From NCBI GenBank assembly GCA_037925075.1, contig JAXSNR010000002.1, positions 128,001-192,000 on the forward strand: 64,000 nt of DNA. Direction: 5' to 3'. Made by a program: the position numbers and the translations under genes. This document shows positions 22,651 through 33,210 of this stretch, piece after piece (the first letter of the stretch is position 1; the number at the start of each line of letters is the position of its first letter). Source of the DNA: Aquificaceae bacterium (lineage in GTDB: Bacteria > Aquificota > Aquificia > Aquificales > Aquificaceae). The notes under the pieces are model-generated. The model worked only from the letters and a program-made list of their open reading frames with translations. It did not search any database and was not told the DNA's origin.

Positions 22651-23667
22651 TTAAGGTATTAAATTATAAGCTATCTCCTCTATCTGTTTTATCTTGGGGA
22701 AAGGTTCTGGTTTGGCAAAGATAAAACCTTGAATTAGCTCTACGCCAACCTCAAGGACAAACTCTAACTCCTCCCTTTTTTCTACACCCTCCGCCAGCAC
22801 CTTTATGCCAGCGTCTTTGCAAGCTTGGACGACACCTTTTAAGATGGACTGTTTTAGCTTGTCCTTATGTACATCCCTTATCAACTGCATATCCAACTTT
22901 GCGATATCTGGGTTTATCTCCACAAGCTGATAAAGCCCCGAATAGCCAGCTCCCACATCATCCAAAGCAACACCAATACCCGCCTTTTTAAGAAAAGAAC
23001 TTATGAGCTTTAGAGCCTTTATGTCCATACCTTCATATTCGTCTATCTCCACCACTATCAGCCTTGGGTCTATGCCTTTAGTATGAAGGTTTGCCTCCAG
23101 CTCTCCCACATTTTCCAGCGGGTCCTTTAAGAACTTGGGATGAAAGTTTAAAAAAAGATGGTATTTTCCTCTAAAGAAGCGGGATTTAAACTCTAAAAGA
23201 GCCTTTTCTCTACAGTAGTGGTCAGATATGAAGGCTATTCTGCTACTAACTTCAAACAGCTTCCATATGGGAACCTGTGTTCTGCAAAGAGCCTCAAAAC
23301 CAAAAACCTTTTTGGTTTGAGTAGATATTATGGCATGAAAGAAAGCCCGAGCTTCTCCGAGAACATGGGATAGGCTTTTAAAAACCTTATCCTCTAAAAA
23401 GTCCTTAAGGTTCATACTTTTAAAGCCTAAATTTAACAAAGCTATTGGGTCCTTTCTATCTTCAGGACTACATATAGCTATTCTTAAATCCCTTAAGAAA
23501 TCCTCAGGCATTTCCGATAAGGCTTCCATTACATTTTCTTCAAGACAGTCTATGCCAAACACATCACCGAGCTTTTCATAGCCCAATCCCTTCTCAGACA
23601 TCATCTTTTCAAACTCCTCAGAATGCGTGCCCGCGTATATCAGAAAAGTCTTGCATTCTCTTTCCAT
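22651..23667 (-). CDS. EAL-domain c-di-GMP phosphodiesterase
   Basis: [26 protein letters not shown]. Confidence 0.9.
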   Translation of the reverse strand: MERECKTFLIYAGTHSEEFEKMMSEKGLGYEKLGDVFGIDCLEENVMEALSEMPEDFLRDLRIAICSPEDRKDPIALLNLGFKSMNLKDFLEDKVFKSLSHVLGEARAFFHAIISTQTKKVFGFEALCRTQVPIWKLFEVSSRIAFISDHYCREKALLEFKSRFFRGKYHLFLNFHPKFLKDPLENVGELEANLHTKGIDPRLIVVEIDEYEGMDIKALKLISSFLKKAGIGVALDDVGAGYSGLYQLVEINPDIAKLDMQLIRDVHKDKLKQSILKGVVQACKDAGIKVLAEGVEKREELEFVLEVGVELIQGFIFAKPEPFPKIKQIEEIAYNLIP

Positions 23668-24373
23668 GTTTCACCTCATACATTCTTTTGTCCGCAAGTT
23701 TAAGAAGCTCTTTAAAGTTCTTGCCCTCATCGGGAAAGCAAGAAAATCCGGCGGAAAAGGAAACTTTATAAGGCAGATCCGCGGTTTTTGACTTTAAGGT
23801 TTCCTCCACTCTGTTTATTATAACAAGGGCATCAGAGCATGCCTTTACAAGGGCTAAAACAACAAACTCATCACCACCAAACCTCACCACCACATCCCCA
23901 GACCTAAGGCTCTCCTTTATAGCCTTGGCAAGCTCTCCTATTGCCTTGTCTCCTGCTTCGTGTCCGAAGGTATCGTTTATCTGCTTTAGGTTGTCCATGT
24001 CAAAGAAAAATACCGCATATTTTAACCCAAGTCTCTCATAGTTATCCACCTTTTCCTGCAAAACCTTTTCAAAGTATGTTCTGTTTTTGATACCCGTAAG
24101 TGGGTCTATATATTTTTCTTCTTCCTGTGCTCTTTCTATAACTACAAAGCGGTAGTTTAGGTAGAATATAAAAACCCACATAATATAACCAGAAAAGTTT
24201 AATAACGTGTCCGCGAACACCACCTGCCCTTCAACAAGCTTGCCAGTGGATAGAAGTAAAAAGGCGACCGAATACATAAGTGAGAGCTTTTTGAATAAGC
24301 TATCCCTAACACCCAACCCCAAAGAGAAAAACAAAATGGCAAGTCCTGTTGTAAAATAAGTCTCATAGGGCAT
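23618..24373 (-). CDS. Membrane-anchored GGDEF diguanylate cyclase
   Basis: About three N-terminal TMs, DPLTG, D.DNLKQIND.FGH..GD, RSGD I-site, GGDEF. Confidence 0.92.
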   Translation of the reverse strand: MPYETYFTTGLAILFFSLGLGVRDSLFKKLSLMYSVAFLLLSTGKLVEGQVVFADTLLNFSGYIMWVFIFYLNYRFVVIERAQEEEKYIDPLTGIKNRTYFEKVLQEKVDNYERLGLKYAVFFFDMDNLKQINDTFGHEAGDKAIGELAKAIKESLRSGDVVVRFGGDEFVVLALVKACSDALVIINRVEETLKSKTADLPYKVSFSAGFSCFPDEGKNFKELLKLADKRMYEVKHGKRMQDFSDIRGHAF

Positions 24374-24497
24374 ACTATAATTTTAAAACGAATATAAATA
24401 GGTTGAAGTCAAACTTTTCAGCTTCTTTGAGCTTTTTGCACGGGTCCTAATAAAGAACCAAAGACAGGCTAACTGTACAAATATACAATTTATTATT

Positions 24498-24938
24498 GTG
24501 AAGGGCTTTGTACAAGTTTGCCTTGAGCTTGCAAAAGAGGGCTTTGAAAAGTCTGAAGTCCCTGTAGGTTGTGTGGTGGTAAAGGATGGGGTCCTTCTAG
24601 GCAAGGCTCACAACAGGATGGAGGAGCTCAAAGACCCAACCGCCCATGCGGAAATGCTTGCCCTCAAGGAAGCCATGCAAAGCTTAGGTCAGAAGTACCT
24701 TTATGGGTGTGAGGTGTATGTTAGCTTGGAGCCTTGTCCCATGTGCGCCTATGCCATGGTGTTGGCAAGGGTCGAGAGGGTTGTGTTTCTTGCCACCGAT
24801 GAGAAATGCGGTGCGGTGATGAGCAGGTTTAATCTCTTTGATGAGCCTTATTTTAACCACAGGGTAAGATGGGAATACCTACCAGTGGAGGACGCTTGGA
24901 GGCTTCTGAGGGAGTTCTTTAAAGGAAGAAGGGTCTAA
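24498..24938 (+). CDS. tadA: tRNA adenosine(34) deaminase
   Basis: EVPVG, DPTAHAE, EPCPMC. Confidence 0.93.
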   Translation: MKGFVQVCLELAKEGFEKSEVPVGCVVVKDGVLLGKAHNRMEELKDPTAHAEMLALKEAMQSLGQKYLYGCEVYVSLEPCPMCAYAMVLARVERVVFLATDEKCGAVMSRFNLFDEPYFNHRVRWEYLPVEDAWRLLREFFKGRRV

Positions 24939-24939
24939 T

Positions 24940-27306
24940 ATGTCCGAAAACAGATTGGAAAAGGCTATAAAGCTCATAAAGGACCTCTCTCAGGAAGACT
25001 ACAAGCTTCTCAAAAGAAGTTTTGGCACTGGTCTGTACCTTTTTAACCTCCTAAGGGAAAGCCTTGAACCCTCTTACCTTGAAATGCTAAAGGGCTTTGA
25101 CCGTCTTCCCTTTGAGAAAAAGAAGGCCATACTAAAGAGCCTTGAAGAACGACTAAGGCATCCCTTACCTACGCTGGAGGTAGACTTTTCCCATGTGGAG
25201 AAAAGGCCCATAGAGGCTTTTTTCAAACCCATAGACAGTCTTAAGATGCTCAATGAGAGGGAAAAGAAGACCCTCAAGGCTTTTGGCATAAAGGACCTTT
25301 ACTCCGCCTTGTGGTTTGCCCCTTTGAGATACGAAGACAGAAGGCTCATTTACACCGTAAGGACCGCAAAGCCTGGGCAGAAGGTCGCTTTGAAGGTTAA
25401 GGTGGTTTCCACGGGCTACAACCAGCAAGAAAAATACCCTGCATGGGTTTTGTGCGAGGACGGTACGGGCAGTCTTTACCTGAGGTTTCGCTACAAGGAC
25501 CAAAGGCCCCTCTATGCCTTCAGAAGGGGACAGGAGCTAGTGGTTTATGGAAGGCTCAAGGAGTTTGCGGGCGAGAAGTACATGGTTCATCCTGAGTTTC
25601 TCAAGGAGGAGGAATCGGGTAGGATTTTGCCCTTTTATTACATAAGGGTGGATGGTGAGCTAAAAAGCATATCCGCAAAGAGGAGACATCAGAATATCAG
25701 GAGCGTACTCCACAAGCTTTCTGAAATGGCAAAGTTCATGCCCGAATACTTGCCTCATGACCTTCTCAAAGAGAGAAAGCTTACGCCCATTGGAGAAAGT
25801 CTGTACCTTCTGCACAGGCCTGTAGGCTTTACCGAAGAAGAGCTTAATAGCTTTTCCACACCCTTTCAGAAAAGGCTCATATACGAAGACCTCTTTTTCT
25901 TCCAGCTTGCCCTTCAGGTTATAAGGTCACAGGTAAAAAGCCAGCCTGCGGTAGCCCTAAGAGACCCAGAAGGACATGTGGAGGAGTTTTTGGCTTCTTT
26001 GCCTTTTAGTCTTACTCAGGCTCAGAGGAGGGTTTTGCAGGAGATAATGGCGGACATCAAGGACAAAAAGCCCATGAATAGGCTTTTGCAGGGTGATGTG
26101 GGAAGTGGGAAGACGGTGGTTGCCATGGCTATAGCTTATGCCTTTGCAAAGGAAGGCTATCAGAGTGCCATAATGGTGCCTACGGAGATACTGGCGGTCC
26201 AGCATTTTGAGAACTTTAAAAGGTTTCTTGAGCCTCTCAATGTTCATATAGGGCTTTTGACGGGTTCAGTAAGAGGTTCTATAAGAAAAAGCGTGCTTTT
26301 CCATACAAAGAAGGGAAATATCCATGTGCTTATAGGCACCCATGCACTCATACAGGATAAGGTGGAGTTTAATAGTCTTGGCTTTGTTGTGGTTGACGAA
26401 CAGCACCGCTTTGGTGTTATGCAGAGGAAGCTTCTTTTAGAAAAGGGTGGAGGCTTCTACCCTCATAGCCTTGTGATGAGTGCCACTCCCATACCTAGGA
26501 CCCTTGCCCTCTCCTTGTATGGAGACCTTGACCTTTCTGTTATAGACCAGATGCCCGCAGGCAGAAAGCCCGTCATCACCAAGCTCTTCTTTGAGTCGGA
26601 GTTTGACAAGGTTTTGTCCAAGGTGGAGGAGGAGCTTTCAAAGGCGAACAAAGTCTATGTTATCTATCCCCTCATTGAGGAGTCTGAGAGCCTTGCCCTC
26701 AAGTCAGCCATAAAGGAATACGAAAGGTGGAGGAGCCTTTTTCCCGAAAGGGAGGTGCTTTTGCTTCATGGAAGGTTAAAGGAAGAGGAAAAGAGGGAGG
26801 TTATGGAAAGGTTCAAGGGTGGTGGAGATATACTCGTTTCCACCACTGTGGTGGAGGTGGGAGTGGATGTGCCCACCGCAACCCTTATGATCGTGGAGTC
26901 CGCACACCGCTTTGGACTTTCTCAGCTTCATCAACTCAGAGGAAGGGTAGGAAGGTCAGACAAGCAAGCTTACTGCTACCTTGTGGTACCTGATGAGCTA
27001 AGGAAAAACAGGGACGCCATAAAAAGGCTTGGGATATTGGTAAGGTCCAACAACGGCTTTGAGATAGCGGAGGAGGACCTCAAGATACGCGGTCCCGGAG
27101 AGCTCTTGGGTGTTTCTCAGTCGGGATACTTTGGCTTTATGGTGGCAAACCTCGCAAGGGCTCAGGACAGGGCTATGCTTGAGCTTGTTAGGGAGGATGC
27201 AAAAAGGCTCCTTGAGAAGGACCCGCAACTTAAAAAGCATCCAGACCTAAGGAAAATACTGATTCGCAGGTACGGTGAAAAGATGGATTTTTCCTACATG
27301 GCATAA
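24940..27306 (+). CDS. recG: ATP-dependent DNA helicase RecG
   Basis: QGDVGSGKT, DEQHRFG, SATPIPR, QLHQLRGRVGR, DL.IRGPG. Confidence 0.96.
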   Translation: MSENRLEKAIKLIKDLSQEDYKLLKRSFGTGLYLFNLLRESLEPSYLEMLKGFDRLPFEKKKAILKSLEERLRHPLPTLEVDFSHVEKRPIEAFFKPIDSLKMLNEREKKTLKAFGIKDLYSALWFAPLRYEDRRLIYTVRTAKPGQKVALKVKVVSTGYNQQEKYPAWVLCEDGTGSLYLRFRYKDQRPLYAFRRGQELVVYGRLKEFAGEKYMVHPEFLKEEESGRILPFYYIRVDGELKSISAKRRHQNIRSVLHKLSEMAKFMPEYLPHDLLKERKLTPIGESLYLLHRPVGFTEEELNSFSTPFQKRLIYEDLFFFQLALQVIRSQVKSQPAVALRDPEGHVEEFLASLPFSLTQAQRRVLQEIMADIKDKKPMNRLLQGDVGSGKTVVAMAIAYAFAKEGYQSAIMVPTEILAVQHFENFKRFLEPLNVHIGLLTGSVRGSIRKSVLFHTKKGNIHVLIGTHALIQDKVEFNSLGFVVVDEQHRFGVMQRKLLLEKGGGFYPHSLVMSATPIPRTLALSLYGDLDLSVIDQMPAGRKPVITKLFFESEFDKVLSKVEEELSKANKVYVIYPLIEESESLALKSAIKEYERWRSLFPEREVLLLHGRLKEEEKREVMERFKGGGDILVSTTVVEVGVDVPTATLMIVESAHRFGLSQLHQLRGRVGRSDKQAYCYLVVPDELRKNRDAIKRLGILVRSNNGFEIAEEDLKIRGPGELLGVSQSGYFGFMVANLARAQDRAMLELVREDAKRLLEKDPQLKKHPDLRKILIRRYGEKMDFSYMA

Positions 27307-28082
27307 AAGGGTGGTGTGCATGCAAGAAACCTGAGCCCGAAGTAAAACTTCCATATGCGAAAGCGGTAGGTATAAGCCTGCAAGCTATAATTACCGCCTT
27401 CCTTGATAGGTTCTCTTATGGACCTTTGGTCAAAGACCTTATATAGGTTGCCATCCTTTAAAAGGATAATCAGCACTTTACTTTCAAAAAAGCTAACGCT
27501 TAAGACCGCGGGGGTTTTTAATTGGTCGCCCGGGAAGAAAAAGCCTGTGCTTGAGTAAGCATAAATTTGTGGATTTTTGTCTCCTACAAAGGGTATGAAC
27601 CTCTTCTCTTCTTGAGAACCACACTGACTTGAATAGTAGAGATTTTTCCTCTTTCCCAGTATAAAGCTATAGGTGGGTATGTCCCTTGTCCAAAGAGAGA
27701 TCACAATGGGCATGTCTGACGCCAAGGGTTGGCAAGGGCTTTGTCTCATAAGGGAGTAGGGGTCTGAAGGGTCTTCAAGGAGGACCTTCTTGGGTATGTA
27801 CTCAAAGAAAAGGTAAAAAAGCCACTTCCAGAACCCAAGGTCCTTGTAGCCTGTTGCTCCATCTTCCACATGGCAGGCATGCATACCTCTTTTACTTAAC
27901 TCCTCCTCAAGCCTTTTGGGGTTTCCTAAGGGGCTGTTGTAGACGCTAGGAGGGTTTATCGCGCAGGCACACTGTCTTTGGAAGGGTATGGGCACTGGTG
28001 ATGGTATGGAGTAGTGTACGTGGGCAAAATAGGTAGCGGGCATGCAATGATACAGAAAAAAGCCAACTAAATAAAAGCTCAA
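27294..28082 (-). CDS. Hypothetical protein, probably membrane-anchored
   Basis: 262 aa ORF directly downstream of the ArnT-like gene; hydrophobic N-terminus. Confidence 0.6.
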   Translation of the reverse strand: MSFYLVGFFLYHCMPATYFAHVHYSIPSPVPIPFQRQCACAINPPSVYNSPLGNPKRLEEELSKRGMHACHVEDGATGYKDLGFWKWLFYLFFEYIPKKVLLEDPSDPYSLMRQSPCQPLASDMPIVISLWTRDIPTYSFILGKRKNLYYSSQCGSQEEKRFIPFVGDKNPQIYAYSSTGFFFPGDQLKTPAVLSVSFFESKVLIILLKDGNLYKVFDQRSIREPIKEGGNYSLQAYTYRFRIWKFYFGLRFLACTPPFYAM

Positions 28083-28089
28083 AAGGAAC

Positions 28090-29508
28090 CTAATAACTCC
28101 CTGGCATCTCTTCCTCCACTTTTTTGAGATTTCTAAGCTTGTATATGTAAAACCTTCTTATCTCTTTGTTTCTCCAGAAGATGGCAAGTTCCTTCTCTTC
28201 TATTATACCATCGCTTGCGGAAAGCACCTTTTGGTTTATGGGCACATAATCTACAAAGAGGGCATCGCCCTCATAATCCTTTTCCCAAAGGTCATACTGG
28301 TTCATCCTCCTTCCAAGGTTTATGCAGTAAGTTCTTGGATTTCCCCTCACATAGAAGGCAAGCTCCGCACTTATCTGATAGTGGGGGCTTATTATGCTCT
28401 CTTGGGCTTTTCTCATTTCCGAGACCACCCTTCCCAGTTCAGACCAGCCTATGCCTATCTTTGCGAGGTCCTTGTGGGGTGGTAGAAGGCTTCCAAGCCC
28501 TACCCTGTCAAGAAGTGGAGTAAAGTGAAGAAGCACAAACGAAAGGAAAGCCAAAAGGTAGGAGGGTAAAAGCAGTCTGCTTTTAGAAAGGTGAAGGCTC
28601 ACCAGTACAAAGGCGGAAAAGTAGGCAAAGCCAGGCCAGTTGGCTTCTACCCTCTTAAAAAGGGAAAGGACCGCAAAAAAGGCAAAAGGTAGGAGGGAAA
28701 AAAGCACAAAAAAGGCGGTCTTTTCTTCTTTTAAGCCCTTGACCCACAGGTAGGGCAAAAGCAAAAAGGGCAAAACCGAAAGCAAAAGAGCCTGACCTCC
28801 AAAAAATTCAAAAAAAGACCCAAGGTTTAAAAGGCTTGCGGACTTGCTGGCAAGGGTAGAAACATGTTTAAAGGAAACAAAGTCATGTTTGTAGTTCCAA
28901 TAAAGGACAGGCAGAGCCATTAAAAGGGCAGGGATAAGACTAAGATAGGGTCTGTAATCTTTGAGAAGGCTTCTTTTAAAGAGAAATCCATACAAAAGGG
29001 CGGAAGGTAGCAAAAAGACCGCGGGATATTTACTCAGGAAGGCAAGCCCACCCAGAAGCCCAGACAAAAGCCAAAGCCTAACGGAATTTTTTTCAAAGGC
29101 AAAGAAAAGCACCATAAGGGTCAGAGACCAGAAGAAGATAAAGGGTGCATCGGTGGTCATCAGCACCGAGTTTATACCTAAGCCCACCGTTATCTGTGGC
29201 AAGGTGGAGGCTATAAGGGCTGGCTTTTCACCAAAAATCTTTTTCACAAAAAGGTAAGTGAGCACCGAAAGAAAAAAGGACAAAACTATGGGCTTTATCC
29301 TCACCGCAAGCTCTGAGACCCCAAAAATCTCCCTTGTAAGAAGGTTCAGGTAGGCGACCATGGGTGGTTTTGAGTAGTAGCTAAGGTCCAACCTTCTTGA
29401 CCAGTCCCAGTATTGGGCTTCTTCGGGTGTTAGGTCCAAAGGATAATAGACCACATACAGCACTCTGAAAACCAGCAAAAGTAGGTTAAAGGCAAGGACT
29501 ACTATCAC
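28090..29508 (-). CDS. ArnT/PMT-like (GT83) membrane glycosyltransferase
   Basis: EEAQYWDWS..L..SYYSKPP, DAP, LSKY, ANW motifs; many TMs. Confidence 0.87.
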   Translation of the reverse strand: MIVVLAFNLLLLVFRVLYVVYYPLDLTPEEAQYWDWSRRLDLSYYSKPPMVAYLNLLTREIFGVSELAVRIKPIVLSFFLSVLTYLFVKKIFGEKPALIASTLPQITVGLGINSVLMTTDAPFIFFWSLTLMVLFFAFEKNSVRLWLLSGLLGGLAFLSKYPAVFLLPSALLYGFLFKRSLLKDYRPYLSLIPALLMALPVLYWNYKHDFVSFKHVSTLASKSASLLNLGSFFEFFGGQALLLSVLPFLLLPYLWVKGLKEEKTAFFVLFSLLPFAFFAVLSLFKRVEANWPGFAYFSAFVLVSLHLSKSRLLLPSYLLAFLSFVLLHFTPLLDRVGLGSLLPPHKDLAKIGIGWSELGRVVSEMRKAQESIISPHYQISAELAFYVRGNPRTYCINLGRRMNQYDLWEKDYEGDALFVDYVPINQKVLSASDGIIEEKELAIFWRNKEIRRFYIYKLRNLKKVEEEMPGSY

Positions 29509-30089
29509 CGCTTAAAGCTGTACTCCTTACCTTCCACGAGCCTTATAAGGTTTTCCCTGTGGCGGTAGAGTATGAGGAGGAACATGAAAAGAGCCATGAG
29601 AAATATCTTAGATGGATAGTCCGAAAGGATCAGAAGAAAAACCGCAAAGGCAGATGCGGACAAGGACGCAAGGGAAACTATACCCTTCCATCTGAAAACA
29701 AGCCCCCATAGGGCTATGGATAAGACCGCAATCAGAGGAGAAACCGCGGTTAGAGCGCCAAAGGCTGTCGCCACACCTTTACCACCCTTGAAGCCATGAA
29801 AGACTGGATACATATGTCCCAAAAGGCTTGCAAGCCCCACAAAAAAGGCGGTCCAGTCTTCTATGCCAAAGTAAAGCCTTGCAAGTACCATAGGCAGTAG
29901 CCCCTTTGAAAAATCAAGGAAAAACACCAAAAGGGCGTACCTTTTACCCAGTGCCCTCCCTACGTTGGTGGCACCCACGTTTCCACTACCCACAGACCTT
30001 ATGTCCACTCCCTTTGCCCTTGCGATATGCTCTCCAAAAAGAACGGAACCGTAAAGGTAGGCAAAAAGCACAAGAAGAACCTTATCCAT
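29505..30089 (-). CDS. plsY: Acyl-phosphate:glycerol-3-phosphate acyltransferase
   Basis: GSGNVGATN, GH.YP, FKGGKGVAT, RHRENL.RL. Confidence 0.96.
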   Translation of the reverse strand: MDKVLLVLFAYLYGSVLFGEHIARAKGVDIRSVGSGNVGATNVGRALGKRYALLVFFLDFSKGLLPMVLARLYFGIEDWTAFFVGLASLLGHMYPVFHGFKGGKGVATAFGALTAVSPLIAVLSIALWGLVFRWKGIVSLASLSASAFAVFLLILSDYPSKIFLMALFMFLLILYRHRENLIRLVEGKEYSFKR

Positions 30090-30110
30090 AGAAACTATGA
30101 TAACCCAGAC

Positions 30111-32198
30111 TCACAAAAGGCTTTTTATGTATTCTGGGTCCATGGGAAGCCTGTTTACCTTTATACCATAGCCCCAAAGCAGTGCGTTGGCTACCGCCGG
30201 TGCTGTAGGTGGAAGTCCCGGCTCTCCCACGCCACCCATAGGACGCTTTGAGGTGAGTATATGAACCTCCACCTCCGGAGCTTCCTCCATCCTCAAAAGC
30301 CCATAGGAGTTAAAGTTGGTGTTTGCAACGCCACCACCCTTAAAACTTACCGCCTCCTTTAAAGCCATGCTTAGACCCATGACCACAGCCCCCTCCACTT
30401 GCGAACGTATAAGGTCGGGATGCACCACCACAGGACCCACATCAATGACCGCCACCACCCTATGGACTTTCACTTTTCCACTTTTACTGTCAAGGCTTAC
30501 CTCAGCCACATGGCAGGCATGGCTTCCAAAGGAGTAATGGTATGCTATGCCGAGGTTTTTCTTTTTGCCCCAGTTAGCCCTCTCCATTGCGGTTTGAACC
30601 ACTTTGTATGCGACTGGGTTATTTTTCAAAAGCCTGAGCCTTAGCTCTCCAGGGTCTTGCCTTGTCTGATAAGCTATCCTGTCTATAAAGGTCTCAAGGC
30701 TAAAGGCGTTATGGGTAGAGCCCACAGACCTCCAAAACCAAACGCTTACAGGAAGCTCCACATCCACCCTCTCCACATATAGGTTTGGAATTTCATAAGG
30801 CGTGTTTTCCACGCCTTCCACCGACGCCCTTCCACCCAAAAGGGGCTGGACTGCAATCTTGAAGCTTAGGGAGGTTATATTGCCCTTTTGGTCTGCGGAC
30901 GCCTTCAAGTGGGTTGCACTGTAAGGTCTAAAGTATCCTGACCTTATGTCGTCCTCCCTCGTGTAAAGTAGTTTTACCGGCTTTCCAAGCCTTTTGGAGA
31001 TCTCAAGGGCTTCCGCCACAAACTCCACGTTTGCCTTTCTACCAAAGCCACCCCCAAGGTAGGTGGTAATAACCCTTATCTTACTCTCTGGCAGACCGCT
31101 TATTCTTTTGGCAGTTTCCAAGACCCATGTTTGGGACTGCGTGGGTGCATAAACTACGCATTCGTCCCTTTTCACCCACGCAAGGCACGCCATAGGTTCC
31201 ATGGTCGCATGATAAAGGTATGGCTGTATGTAGGTCTCTTCCACCTTCACCGGTGAGTTTTCAAAGGCTCTCTGGGGGCTTCCCTTCACCTTTTCCACAT
31301 AGCCCTTTTCCTTTAGCTTTTGCAGGTAGAACTTTTCAAAGTCCTTGTCCTCCCAACCTCTTACAAAGCTTTCACTCCACTCAACCCTTAAGGCTTGTCT
31401 TGCCTTCTGACAAGCCCAAAAGGACTTACCGCATACAGCCACACCACCATTGGAAAGAGGGAAAACATCTACCACCTCTGGCATTCCTTTGGCTTTTTCT
31501 CCCTCAATCTTCAAAGGCTTTGCACCAAAGTAGGGTGGCCTTTCCACCACCGCATAAAGCATGCCCTCCTCAAAGGTGTCTATGCCAAAAATTGCCCTTC
31601 CTTCCACCTTTTCTGGTGTGTCAAGCCTTGGCACAGACCTGCCTATGTATATAAACTCCTTGGGCTCTTTTAGTCTTGGTTTTGAGCTTATAGGCTCTTT
31701 TATGGCAAGGTCTGCAAACTGCCCGTAAGGGTAGCTCTTGCCTTCGGCGGTTATATAGCCTCTCTCAGCTCTTATTTTCTCTTTTGGAATGCTAAGGCTT
31801 TTGCTGGCGGAACTTATAAGCATCTCCTTCATACTGGCACCCGCAAGCCTGAGGGTTTCGTACATGTTTCTAACGCTGGTGCTACCGCCCGTAAGCTGTA
31901 TGCCCATCTTTGGGTCCACATAAGCTCTGCCCGCCGGTGCTGGTGCCACCCTTACCCTATCCCACGGAAAGTCAAGCTCCTCTGCTATTAACATGGGAAG
32001 ACCCGTATATACACCCTGCCCCATCTCCGACTTGTTAACAAAGACGGTGAGGTAGTTGTCCCTTGAGAGGTTTATCCAGAGGTTCGGTGCATACCTTTTT
32101 GGTACCTCCTGAGCCTTTAGTATGCGGTAGCCCATAGGTGTTAGCATGACCGAAATGGTAAGACCACCGAGCTTTAAAAGTTCCCTCCTTGTAATCAT
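30111..32198 (-). CDS. Xanthine dehydrogenase-family molybdopterin subunit (IorB-like), Tat-exported
   Basis: TRRELLK Tat motif, EMGQG, TGGSTS, GGGFGR, WRSVG, GGVGEPG.PP. Confidence 0.9.
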   Translation of the reverse strand: MITRRELLKLGGLTISVMLTPMGYRILKAQEVPKRYAPNLWINLSRDNYLTVFVNKSEMGQGVYTGLPMLIAEELDFPWDRVRVAPAPAGRAYVDPKMGIQLTGGSTSVRNMYETLRLAGASMKEMLISSASKSLSIPKEKIRAERGYITAEGKSYPYGQFADLAIKEPISSKPRLKEPKEFIYIGRSVPRLDTPEKVEGRAIFGIDTFEEGMLYAVVERPPYFGAKPLKIEGEKAKGMPEVVDVFPLSNGGVAVCGKSFWACQKARQALRVEWSESFVRGWEDKDFEKFYLQKLKEKGYVEKVKGSPQRAFENSPVKVEETYIQPYLYHATMEPMACLAWVKRDECVVYAPTQSQTWVLETAKRISGLPESKIRVITTYLGGGFGRKANVEFVAEALEISKRLGKPVKLLYTREDDIRSGYFRPYSATHLKASADQKGNITSLSFKIAVQPLLGGRASVEGVENTPYEIPNLYVERVDVELPVSVWFWRSVGSTHNAFSLETFIDRIAYQTRQDPGELRLRLLKNNPVAYKVVQTAMERANWGKKKNLGIAYHYSFGSHACHVAEVSLDSKSGKVKVHRVVAVIDVGPVVVHPDLIRSQVEGAVVMGLSMALKEAVSFKGGGVANTNFNSYGLLRMEEAPEVEVHILTSKRPMGGVGEPGLPPTAPAVANALLWGYGIKVNRLPMDPEYIKSLL

Positions 32199-32656
32199 GT
32201 CCCCCCTCCCTTGGATGCCCTTTCCACCGCCTTGATTATCCTACTGTAGGTGCCACATCTGCATATATGGGAGGAAAGCCTTTGAACAATCTGTTCTCTT
32301 GTGGGTCTTGGGTTTTCAAGAAGTAGAGAGTAGGCTTCCATAATCTGTCCCGGTTGGCAGTAGCCACACTGAGGGACCTGAAGCTCAATCCATGCCCTTT
32401 TGAGAGGGTGGTTTGAAGGGATGCCTTCTATGGTGGTTATGTCCTTGCCTACCGCATCCTTAACAGGCAAAAGACAAGACCTGACCGCCTCTTTCCCCAA
32501 AAGGACAGTGCAAGCACCACACACACCTATACCACATCCAAACTTTGTACCTGTAAGCCTGAGCCTTTCTCTGATGACCCACAAAAGCGGTTCATCCTCA
32601 TAAGCCTTTACCTTGTACAGCTTACCGTTTATCTTCAGTTCAAAGTCTTTTACCAT
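32195..32656 (-). CDS. 2x[2Fe-2S] subunit (IorA/CoxS-like)
   Basis: GCGIGVCGACT…C, QCGYCQPG, CRC. Confidence 0.93.
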   Translation of the reverse strand: MVKDFELKINGKLYKVKAYEDEPLLWVIRERLRLTGTKFGCGIGVCGACTVLLGKEAVRSCLLPVKDAVGKDITTIEGIPSNHPLKRAWIELQVPQCGYCQPGQIMEAYSLLLENPRPTREQIVQRLSSHICRCGTYSRIIKAVERASKGGGT

Positions 32657-33207
32657 AAGAATTTGCCTTCAAAGTTCCTTATATGCTCTATAAGCTCCCT
32701 TTTGCCCTCATATAGCACAGCCACATACTGGGCAAGCCTTTCTCCAAGTCTAAGGCAAGCCTCTTTTTCCTCTTGGCTTCTTGGCTCTCCAGCGACCACC
32801 GCACCGTAATGCAGAGTGAATTTCTTTCCCGTGTAGTCGGTAAGACCAAAGACCAAAAAGCCGTAGTTTATAAGCATGTAAAGGACCGAAAGACATGCCA
32901 CTTCGTTGCCCCCACCCCATCCACCGGAGGAGGAAAAGGCACATCCAATCTTACCATCAATCTTTCCCCAAAGCTCTCCCATTACATCGTCAAAGAACCT
33001 TTTGAGCTTCCATGAAACTATGCCCATATTGGTGGGTGTGCCCACCGCCATACCATGACACCACAGCACATCCTCCTTTGAAGCCTTATCCACCGACAAA
33101 AGCCTTACCTCTGTGCCGGGCACCCTCCTTGCCCCCTCCGCCACTAACCTTGCCATCTTTTCCGTGTTCCCCGTCCTGCTATCGTACAGCACAAGCACGT
33201 TGCCCAT
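32650..33207 (-). CDS. WrbA-like flavodoxin-fold NAD(P)H oxidoreductase
   Basis: YDSRTGNTEKMA FMN loop, GTPT.MG, FSSSGG.GGG. Confidence 0.88.
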   Translation of the reverse strand: MGNVLVLYDSRTGNTEKMARLVAEGARRVPGTEVRLLSVDKASKEDVLWCHGMAVGTPTNMGIVSWKLKRFFDDVMGELWGKIDGKIGCAFSSSGGWGGGNEVACLSVLYMLINYGFLVFGLTDYTGKKFTLHYGAVVAGEPRSQEEKEACLRLGERLAQYVAVLYEGKRELIEHIRNFEGKFLW

Positions 33208-33210
33208 GGC

